Positions 11,801 to 22,400 of a DNA stretch of 36,557 nucleotides are shown here, one piece after another. Source of the stretch: Mesotaenium endlicherianum (taxonomy: Eukaryota); NCBI GenBank assembly GCA_009602735.1, contig WELA01003305.1:227669-264225 (forward strand), read 5' to 3'. Under the pieces are notes generated by a model. The model was not told where the DNA came from, ran no database searches, and worked only from the letters and a program-made list of their open reading frames with translations. Made by a program: the position numbers and the translations under genes. Position 1 is the stretch's first letter. Each line of letters opens with the position of its first letter.

Positions 11801-12823
11801 AGCCGCCAGATGTAGATTGCACGATTGTCTCTAGCTGCGCCTGCCACTCTCTTCTCGTCATGCCTAGGGCAGCCAGTGCAGGTTGGCCCTTTTTGGCTCT
11901 GTTGATGTGGGCTGAGCTTCTCGCCTTCGTCCGCTTTCAATCGTTCTGCTGAATTGTCGCTATTGCCCTTTTATCTTTCTGTTCTGGCAAGGGGCATGCC
12001 CCTGTCTCCTGCTTACCGGCTGCTTGCCTGCTTGCTTTCTCTGCCCTCCCCTCATGTCCTGCCGACCAGCGTTTCTGCTCCTTGCTGACCTAGCACCCTC
12101 CACATGTCATCAGGAGCTTGCCTGCCTAAAGGCAGCTCAGCTGGAAGGCAAGGGCTCGAGTGAATGTTGTGGTTACAAATTTTCGCATGTCCCCATTCTT
12201 TCGCTGCTCCTGCTCCTGCGAGCTACAAAGGGCGCAGGGGGCATAACGTGTCACGAATCCTGCCCGCAAATTCTCATTCATGCTGCTTTTGTGCCTTTCT
12301 CTCTGCTGGCAGCGCCGACACCACATACGAGGACCTTCTTGCGACCAGCCGGCCATTTGCCCAGCCTGTGCCTCTTCCAGTGAGTAGTCAGTGTACCCCT
12401 TCACCTGTTTAGTCTGAGACTTTCAGAGTTTGCCCAGCCTGTGCCTCTTTTAGTGAGTAGTCAGTGCACCCCTTCACCTGTTTAGTCCGAGACTTCCAGA
12501 GTTCACCCAGCCTGTGCCTCTTTCAGTGGGTAGTCAAAGCACCCTGAGATGCTCATGCTCTTATTCTGAAATGCTCGCTTCCCAATTTCACACTTTGAAA
12601 TGTCTCCCTTTGAAATGCTATTACTCTGAAATGTTGTCTTCTGGAGCGTTCACTCTGCTATGCTCTCACTCTGAAGTGCTCGCTCTAAAATGCTCTCTGG
12701 TGGAGTGCTTACTCTGATGCTCTCTGCTGCAATGCTCACTTTGACATGCTCTTTCCGAGATGCCTGCAGGAAATGGTGGACTTCCTTGTTGACATTTGGG
12801 ACCAGGAGGGCCTTTATGACTGA
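8887..12823 (+). CDS. DUF4050-family (Gag1-like) protein
   Basis: Exons 10272-10636, 11318-11405, 12313-12379 and 12770-12823 splice in frame to give WWSASSDEMDN...YVNHALSAWNQQRREW...QPVISADTTYEDLLATSRPFAQPVPLPEMVDFLVDIWDQEGLYD*, the plant DUF4050 motif set. The proposed first exon 8887-8936 (MAVASLLASNAIGAFL, donor AG|GTATGC, phase 2) fits but is less certain. The model gives 207 aa. Confidence 0.88.
12356..12537 (+). repeat. 73-bp tandem repeat (~2.5 copies) spanning an exon/intron junction of the DUF4050 gene
   Basis: CCAGCCTGTGCCTCTT..AGTG(A/G)GTAGTCA starts at 12361, 12434 and 12507. Confidence 0.92.
12540..12765 (+). repeat. Degenerate short repeats of a CTCTGAAATGCT-like motif filling the last DUF4050 intron
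   Basis: Roughly a dozen imperfect copies (e.g. CTGAGATGCTC, CTGAAATGCTC, CTGAAATGTTG, CTGAAGTGCTC, CTAAAATGCTC) run up to the acceptor at 12769. Confidence 0.7.
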
Positions 12824-15133
12824 AGTCGGGAGCAGTGCAACGCCATGTACTTGAGAAAAATTTAGTAGGTCAATGTGTAGTTAGTTAATAGCTGAGATCA
12901 TTCTTAATCAATTTATGTTGTTTCTTATGTGGTGCTTCAAGCATGGAAGCAAAATAATGAGGCAAGGTCTTTACGGAACGCGAACATTGAAAATAACAAG
13001 TCCAGTTAAGAAAAGGTTCGTCCCCTTTGGAATTTCTTTGAAGTGCACTGCCTTCGTGTTCATGATTGTTATGTTGAGACCAAACTAGTGCACAATTCTC
13101 CATTATGACTCACATTATATTATAGCTCACATTGGACACCCTTCTCGCCGAATATTGCTTTTCTTCTTCAGTAACTTCAAGCTGGCACTTATTTTGGTCC
13201 TAAACCAAACATGGCTCCTCAGATTAAATTGCTCAAATTTGTTGACGACAACAACATTGCGCAGACGTGTCGAGTGCAAGCACACAATTGACTTTAAGAA
13301 TAAATTGAAAGTTGTGTTAATGCCCAAAAAAAAAAAGACAAAATTGAAAACATGTAGTCTTACCTTGCCGATGGCCTTTCAAGAGTCAGAAAGTTAAACA
13401 TATTGACTAACTCTGACATTCACAATTATTATTTTAAAGAGTCGGTTGCAATGACTGACAGTACATTCGGCGTGTAAGATATGATCCTAAATAGGCCACG
13501 TTATGATGCGTTGCGTGTAAATGTAGGCGAAATTTGTAAATCTCACGTTGATTCAAATTTTCACACACAACTCTTTTAAGAAAGATTGAAGCTATTGGTC
13601 TTTGAGATTTTTACAAGATTGATGTAGTTGGGTTGACCCATTCTATCAGTTTTTTTATTCATCTATTTCTTAGGTAAAGTAAGACAACTTGATTGATTCT
13701 CATTGCTCAATGCATTAACAATTTGACAACATTTGCTTTGCAACCACACATATTTGGGACACGATGTCAATCAGCTAGTTGTGATCAATCAGACGTGTTT
13801 GACCATATTCGACCATTTTTTAACCGTACACGTCTTTTGCAAACCTTTTTTTGTTTTGTTTTGTTTTGTTTTGTTTATTTTTGACTTTCAAGGTTACATC
13901 ATAGCGCTATTAACATGTGGGTGCATCTAGACCATTCACCAGTAAGAATAAAAGCAATTGTGCACTCGAATTGACAACTTAAAACAAGATGGACATTTGA
14001 CCGTTCAACGTGAGATGAATTTGAAAGTGTTGAAGGCGCATGGCATTTTGGTAAACAGTCTGAACTTTCTCAAATTAATTACCCTTAGTTGTCATTTATC
14101 CATGAAATTTTAGAATACTGGGAATGTCCCTAAAGGATATTGATGGCAGGGGGCCGAGAGCAATTCCTAATGACTTGCTAGTAACTCGCTAGGAAACCCC
14201 GAAATCGCACCATTTTCAGATTGATTTACTTGACTCGTTGCCTCCAAGAAATTGCTTTTAAAAGAGGTCATGCACAAATTTATGCTTGGTACATATGTTG
14301 AACAGGAAGCGGTTCATCTGAAAGTCTTTTTTTGGTGGATCAAGCAAAGCCAGATCTCTCTCTGCCCTGCCCATCACGCAGACTGCTGCGAGGACCCAAC
14401 TTCCGGGAGGAGGACACCACCCATCCTCCGGCAAACACCCAGCATGCAAACGTCGCTGCCTACTTGGCTTGTGTGGAGCCCATACTCTCAAGAAGGAGCT
14501 GGTCTCTGCAGTTTCAACATCAGTCGTTTATCAACGCAAAACCATGCACATGGCAGAGTCACACGTACTTGGGCGTCCAAAATTACTCATTAGTCATTTT
14601 GCACATGGACATATTTCAAAGAATCCCAACATGTTGCAAGGTCAAAGCAAATGTACTCATTGTTATATATAAATGAAAGTTTATGTCGAAGTTGATCCAT
14701 ATTGTGTGCTGTTCCAACACTTCGTACGCTGGTTTCTTTCTACGATTGTCATGCGATTTTCAAATGGTATACTTTCGATGAATAAGTCACTTAAATATTG
14801 GTGACATCCATAGACGCGGCTTAACATTAGAATTGCTCCCGGATATGCGAAACCTCAATCATTGAAACAAATTATCGAGAGCGAACAATATTTTCACTCA
14901 TACCATGTTGTATATCACAATGAAGCACTAGATGAAGTAGCTTGGTTGAAAGGAGCATTTCAACTTCAAATCTATGCGTGAAATTTCAAGCAAAGAGAAG
15001 GCCGGCATTGTCGAAGCCAGATCGAATAAACTCTTGAAGTTAAAAGGATAATGGCCAAGTTAGTTATTGCCGAAACTGTATGCATCGGAAGTGGATGTGA
15101 AGACATCTTTAATTGGTGAGTGTCGTCGACAGG

Positions 15134-15190
15134 AATTAACGTGAATCAAACGTGAATCACCTGAATTGACGTGAATTAGCGTGAGTTAAC
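15134..15190. repeat. ~10-bp tandem repeat of CGTGAAT (5 copies)
   Basis: Cores at 15140, 15151, 15160, 15170 and 15180. Confidence 0.8.
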
Positions 15191-15600
15191 GGTTTTTCAC
15201 CGACATCAGGATGAGTAAGGAGGCGGTCGATTTCAGAAGTAAACACGTGGAGATGGTAGATTGGCTCGATTTACCTCACCCTGTTGACGCCAAACGAGAC
15301 CGTACGCTTTAATCTCTTTGGTGCCAAGTGGTGAATTGCGACTCAGTGCGACTCAGTACCCGGGCGAGCGCCGGGTGCAGGACCGAATCAGATGAGTTTA
15401 ATCGAATCTAGTGGAATTTAGCGACTTTTAGTACCAAGACCGTGTTGTAATTAGCTGGTGATTACTGTTCGCGATTGGTTGTTTACCAGACAATCTGTCG
15501 TACTTATCGTCTACCACCAGCAGAGGTACGGACGCAAACACAGATGGTGCGAGGTTGCTGCGAGGTGCTGCGAGGCACGCAATTGGTCACCTTTTCAATA

Positions 15601-16044
15601 GCGCCAATTTTCGAAAATCGTTTCGGCTCCCGCCTTTCTCTTCCTTGATGGAGGGGTCCCGGAGAGGAGTGCCAATGTTGTCTCGTCAGGTCAGGATGTA
15701 TGACACGGTCTGTCTGGTTGGAAAAGTGTTGCCGCCAAAAAAGAAAGGTAGGATGTGGTAGGATGTGGTAGGATATTGGATGATGCCGAAAAATGTATAG
15801 TGCGTCTCGTCTGGTCTCGTCATATAGCATGACACATCGCTCTTGCAGACTGCACTACACGCTTCTGCTGCATGATTAGAGAGACGTTGTGCACCTCTCT
15901 GCAGGGCTATTTCTGGTCTCTGTCAGAACGAGGGGGCATTTACACTGATCCATATCCTGTAGCCAGAGAAAAGAAATGCCTTCTCTACATTAACTTTCCC
16001 GCCACTTGATGTTGATGTCTGAATTGGCGCATTGAGTTTCCCGG
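15601..16044 (+). promoter_or_regulatory. Cluster of E2F-consensus (WTTSSCSS) sites plus a CHR-like TTCGAA upstream of the TCX gene
   Basis: ATTGGCGC (minus, 15601-15608), TTCGAA 15610-15615, TTTGGCGG (minus, 15732-15739), TTTCCCGCC 15995-16003, ATTGGCGC 16023-16030 and TTTCCCGG 16037-16044. All lie 360-800 bp before the ATG at 16404. Confidence 0.55.
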
Positions 16045-16403
16045 TAGTAGGTGCTCACCATGGATTTATTGATTAATGCATAATGTAAAGGTCCTGCTAT
16101 CAACAACATCGTAATGTCAGATCTGTCTGCGGGATATCATGCATCTCTGCTAGGTGAACTATGCTGGGCCTGTAGTACTATGGAGTTTTCATTTGTAGAG
16201 AGTGGCCTGTAAATCTTTCTTATGCTATTATGGGCGTTCCTATAGCACATTCGACAGGGTACATGGCCTACCATTATAAACGAGTCGAAAAGATGGGTGT
16301 TCACAGAGACTGCTAAAGATGTAGCGTAAAGAGAGGCACCCAACCACGCATGCCTTTGATCTGCCACCTGGCAGTTTTTGCACACTGCTAAACATAGTCA
16401 TAG

Positions 16404-19400
16404 ATGGAAGTCACTCACAACGCCACCGAAGGGGTTTATGGAAGTCCCAAGACCCCTGTCAAGAAGCTTGCATTTGGTGAATTAGATGCGGAGGAAGCCA
16501 AACAGGAGCTGATTGCATGTGAAGTTACCCCAGTGAAGACATCACCGCAAGACACCCAGTTGCCAACGGACACGGTGAGTACTTAGATAAGTGGGGTCTG
16601 AAAGGAAGTCATTGAGAGTTGGTGGCTGTCGCAAGTAGACATTCTGATGTTAACTGCTGCAGTAGGCATTAATGTCGATAGTTGTTTGTGTCGGTGACAA
16701 TGGAAACTCTCATTGCTCTGAAGTTGTCATGAAAAAGCACATCATAAAGCAGAGGTTCCTCAAAATATACACCATAATGTGCAAGAAGTCCACTCACACC
16801 AATTCACATGCATCTGAACCACATGCTGTAAGCGCCCCAGCTCCGACCAGCTTCCAGGACACAAAAGTGACGCTATCGCTTGAAGGTAATATTGTTTGCC
16901 ACAGACACTTTGAAGAAAAGCTGCCGGCCTTTTGACTCCTAAGTATTTTCTTGGGGTGCAGGACTCTCCTTACTGTCTTTTCATGAATGGACTATCACCA
17001 ATAAAGCCCGGAAAGACGGTACACTTGTATACTTGTCAAGAGCTGTACAATGCCAAGGCATTAAGCTCGCCGCCCCCAGTGTTCAGATCCCCTATGGGCT
17101 ATTCTCAGCTGCGAAACAAACGGTAAAGCCTTTGACCGCCTTGAGCACCCTGAGCTTGTCCAGAGAGAACTACAAGCACTGCTAGCAAGTCAGTTGCATG
17201 CATCTTCAAAGGTGTAACATCTTTGCCAGTATCTTGACGCTAACTGAAGAGCACGCGCACATACTTCCAGACATTTGTGGGTAGTGTATAGTAATTGAGC
17301 GACGGAGATTACGATCAAGTAACCTAGACATGCCTATGTGAAGGTCACCCTACAGGCAGTCTTGATAGGAAGTTGCAGGGTAAGCAGAAACCTAAGAGTG
17401 TGCACAAACTGCATTCTGTTCCAATGCTTCCAGGAAAGCTGATGCAAGGCCGTTGATTGCCACCCAAAAAGGCGCAGCAGCTACAGGGGGACTTGCAGGG
17501 GGGTCCTGGGATGACAGGGAGCTGCAATCTCAGGGTAGATACCAGCCAGGAATTGCAGGCACATCGCGGGAGTTAGTACTCACAGGTGCGTCGAATGCTC
17601 CTTCCGGGTACAGAAGAAGTATTATGGGGAGAACGTTTTGCGAGACCGCTCCAGAGGCAGTCGGTGGGGGAGGACGTTTGGGAGCATCTGACGGGAAAGC
17701 TGAAGAAGTGGCAGCGGAAGACCTTAGAAGACAGGCAGAGCAGAAACCTTTAGAAATTTTGACTTCTAGGATTTCTCCTCATGTAGGTGCAAGAGGCCAG
17801 AAACAAAGGGTGCAGGAAGAGTCGGTTGGAGCTGAGCCAGAGGATGCAAAGGATCTGAATGTCATAACAGGAGGTTCCGACAGGTTGTCTTCGGGAGGGG
17901 TCCACCTCTTTGTTGGGCACGACGGGGATTCAGCAGAGAGCATGGACGACGAAGTTCGGTCAGCTTATCTTCTGGCTGCAGGGCACCGCGTAGGCGCTGT
18001 CGAACGAGTTGAGAGAGAGAACGAGCAAGACAACTGGGAAGAGCACACATCTCTCCTTCTTGTGACGGAGGAGGAAGCCCAGGGAACAGACTCTTCACAT
18101 CCTAGAGATGGTGGGGGGCTGAAAGGCACAGCGTCGATGCTGCCCTTTGACAGGGGCTTCCAGGTGTCGCATGGTGCGGCAATGCCTGACCGCGGAGGAC
18201 TTGAGGTATCCTACACTTTTCACTGCGTGATGCGTGTGTCGTCACCACCTAGAGGGACAACGTTGCTTTGAATATGTCGGGCGTGTGTGGTGGTGTTGTG
18301 CTCGCTATAGCTCAGAACAAGACGCTCAGAGTGAGGGCAGCCACCAGGGGATGCTTCTCGCCTGTCTGTCGAACCACGTCACTCTAGGCGTGTTTCTTAT
18401 CTTCACAGGCCCCGCAGGAAAGATTTCCTGGCTGCGTCGAGGCAAAGCCAGTGAGGTGGGAGTGCAATGGAGGCGATTCTGATCCTATTTTTGGTATCTT
18501 TCAACTGCAGGCTAAGAAGGGAGCGCAGGGGGCAGCGCGTAGGGGCCCATCTCTGAAGCGCGGGGCACCCGCTGCTGCAAACGCCGTAAGCGTCGGCTCT
18601 CGTGACGAGAGCCCGCCGGAGCCCTCTATCCTGGTGACAAGAATCACGACGAGGATCACAGAGGACCTGCAACGGCAGCCGGGGGGAGCCATCGCTGGCC
18701 ATGACATGGATCCCGCTCCCCACGCAGGAAGTGGGGACGATAGAGCCCAGGCAGTTTTTGGCACACCTGGCAGTCTGAGTTCACCAGGCCTCAAGTACAT
18801 ACTGTCCGCTAGTCCGGGGAGTAACTACTTAACGAGCATGCCCCTCTCTGTTGGCATAGCAAGGCCGAGCCAGGATCCCTCGAGCTCCAGCGTTCCGCAA
18901 GGAGGCTGCGTTGTGTCGAGTTCCGGGTTGTCCAGTAGCGGGGGAAGGGCGAGCAGTACAGGTGGCAGCCTAGATTTGGGCCCGGATCCGGAGGATCTCG
19001 ACCCTCTACTCGTCACCCGTGCTCGGTCTAAGGGTACAGAGACGCGCATCTTCGGGACACTGATGACCTCGTCGACCGAATTCTCTCCCGAGACCGACGA
19101 GCAGGGGGGCCCTCGGAGCGCTGCAGCGGCTTCCGTGCCTCGCAACCTCAGGCCGGACCTCTCCGCATCTCTGACGGCCGTGAGGTCGATCACTTTCCAG
19201 CAGAACGAAGCGCTGGCGTCTCCCGGCAATAATCGCCTGGCCAGCGAGTCGTACACTGCCGAGCGATCGTACTTTACTCTCACCCCCCTGACGAGCCCCA
19301 CCACGTGCCTGCTCTCGCCCAGCCCTTTCAGCAAGGTGGAAGCGTACCTTCACGATCCCGCCTCCAGCGGGAGCGTTGGCAGCGAGGGCATGGGGCTCAG

Positions 19401-22400
19401 GCAACCCAACTTCGAGGCGGCTTCCAACGATCTGATGCCGTCCCCCGCAGTAAGGGAGGGCCGCAGCCGGGAACTAGCTCTCTGGCCATCTGAAGATCCC
19501 GACGCTCGAGGAGGTGCAGCGGCCTCTGCCGGTGGCCAGCATCCTGCAGCAAACGCAGCCCCCGCCATGGGGGGAGGCGAGCACGTCCTGAGAGGCTTCC
19601 AGCCGCACCAGAGCCTGGGCCAACGTGTCTCCAAGCCCCGGGCGGCGGAGGCTTCCCGCGGCTTCCGGACCGACGAGAGGAAGAGAGTGCTCCTCCCCCC
19701 CCTTCAGCTGCAGGAGCTGGCGGCTCCCCAGATGGCTCCCCCCGCGGCGAGTGGCGACATCAGCCCCCGGGCCCTGTCCTTTGGAAAGAAGAAGTGAGGC
19801 TCATTCCCGGCCTTTGATCTCTCTCGATGGCTGTGGCCGGGGCCGCCCTAGGCCCGGCTCTCCTCTCTGTGGTTTGCAGACCTTCCGTTATTTACAATAG
19901 TAAATTTACCCCTTACTTCTCCTTCTGTTGGGGAGAGAGGGTGTGTGGCATCTCTCTTGTTTAGTTTTGTGAATGAGGAACGAGCCTACCTGATGCAGCT
20001 TGAGGTGATTGCCGCTTATCCCAATGGGTTTGTTGCTGACCCAGAGAGGCTCCCATTTGCCGTGCCGTGCTCCCCCGTGGCCTGCAGGAAGGGCAAGAAG
20101 AACGACGGGGGCCCCAAGACTTGCAGCTGCAAGAAGTCCAAGTGCCTGAAGCTGTGAGTCCTCTGCTCCGCCACCTTTGCTCCGCCGCCTCCGCTCCCTC
20201 CGCCGCCTTTGCTCCGCCGCCTTTGCTCTGCCGCCTTTGCCTCGTAGTCGGCCATCGGCTGGTCGCCTCCTCTGCTCTTGGCAGTTTTAGGCCGGGCCGA
20301 GCCGTCTCGTCCCGCGTGCGGCACGAGCAGCGGCTCTCGAGCAGGCGTCGCGACGTTCTGGGCGCTGCGACACTGCGACATGCACACAATCGCAGGCTTG
20401 CACGGGCCGTCCGTCGTTGGCGGCTCAGATCTCGTGACGGCTCTGCTCGAGGGGTTCCCTGCTGGCTCTGCCGCGCTGCCGCAGCTTGGCTGACTCGCCT
20501 GTCTCCGGGCGCACGCGGCTTTCCAGCCGGAGGTGCTTCCCCGCCGCTGGTTTCGTCGCACAACAAACTCAGCCCCCCCCCCCTAACATGCCACGCCTCG
20601 GATGCGGCTGGTTCCTCGGGCAGGTACTGCGAGTGCTTTGCGGCTGGCGGCTTCTGCGGGCAGGACTGCCAGTGCCTGGACTGCGCAAACCACGTGCACA
20701 ACGGGGCCCTGGTGACGGAGACGCGGCAGAAGATCGAGCAGCGCAACCCCCTGGCCTTCTGCCCCAAGGTCATCGTGGGCCAGGACGCGGCCCCCGCGGG
20801 GAGCGTGGTATGTTCTCTCGTGATTGACGATGCCCCCCCCGTCCCACCCGCGCGATTCTGCGAGTGAGCACGTTCCCTCCGTTGAGACTACCGGTTCCGC
20901 CGCGATGCTCCGAGTGAGCACGTTCCCTCACTTGTTAGCGGTCCCGCCGGTGCAATGCTCCGAGTGAGCACGTTCCCTCATTGGTACTCACGGTCCCGCC
21001 GGTGCGATGCCTTGAGCGAGCACGCCCCTCCGTTGGTACTACCGGCCGCACTGGTGCGATGTCTTTCTAGTAATTGAGAGAGCTCGGGGGCGAGAGATTC
21101 TGATGCGTGCAGTGAGTGCGGGGTACGCGCCCGCGTGGATGGTACCCATCCCACCTGCGCGACGCTCCGTGTGGGATCGAAAGGGCGCCTCCCAAGTGGG
21201 TTGCTGGGAAGGAGAATGATGCTCCGAATGATAGAGGCAGCTTGGGCGAGAGATCCTGTTCGGGTGGGAGGGGGTGCAGTGGTGCGTCCCTTCGTCGATG
21301 CCCACCGCGCTGGTGCACGGCCGGTGCCAGGCAGCTGAGGTTCGGGGGCGCGGGCAAGAGGTCCTGTTCGGTGCAGGCTGATTTCTGCAGGGATGAACAC
21401 GCAGCAGGCTAGGGTGCAGGTGTACGTTAGGGTACACGCTGTCTTGCGCGATGGGAAGAGAGTGTCACCCACCCGAGCGCATGGTGGGTTCCGTTGTCGT
21501 TCTGTTTTCTGCGGCAAGTTTGGAGGGTCCTTTGCATCAGCTAGTGAACGCTCTGAATATTGCGGAAGCTCCGTACGAACGCTGGGAATCTTGCAAGCAT
21601 CGTACTACGCTTGTGTCCGAGCGCAGCTCGCTGAGTCAGAGAGCACAAGACCACGCCACATGGCGTGTTCTCTCAGAAGTATGCATTGGGGTTCTTTCTG
21701 TCTCTTTTGGTGTTTCGTTCGTCTTTTCCAATCAAAAGGCTCCGTTGTTCTCTGACCTGGCGTCGCGCGCTGCCCCTTCTAATGGGCCGCAGGACGAGCC
21801 GCTGGACCTGACCGCCACGTGGCGCCACAAGAGAGGCTGCACGTGCAAGAAGTCGGCGTGCTCGAAGAACTACTGCGAGTGCTTCCAGGTATAGCCCTGC
21901 TGCCAACACACCCTCCTCCCTGGCTGCTCCACGTGTCGCTTGCTCACATGACTTGCTCACAACAGTGGAGTGTGTGTGCGGAAAAGGGGGGGNNNNNNNN
22001 NNNNNNNNNNNNNNNNNNNNNNNNNNNNNNNNNNNNNNNNNNNNNNNNNNNNNNNNGGGGGAGGGGGGGATGGTGTGTGGAAGGCGGTTCAGAACATCGA
22101 ATGCTAAGTAGAGCAGACAGCACTACCCCCAGACAGCTGTCAATGCATCCTTCCCTGCCTTCTCCCTCGCCAGTGGCCAGCCCAGGTCGTGTTGGCCGGG
22201 TTTTTTTTCCCCCCCTGAGGAGAAGCTTCGTTCGGGTGCGTTCGGAGCGAAAAGCTTGGCTGGTTGGTGCACTCGGAAAAGAAATGCGTGCGCAAGGCTG
22301 CACAGAGCTGACCCGCGCTGCCACCTGTCGCTCGCGCTCCCGTCCGTCCGTCCGTCCCTGGCATTTGCAGGCGGGAGTGAAGTGCAGCGAGGGCTGCAAG

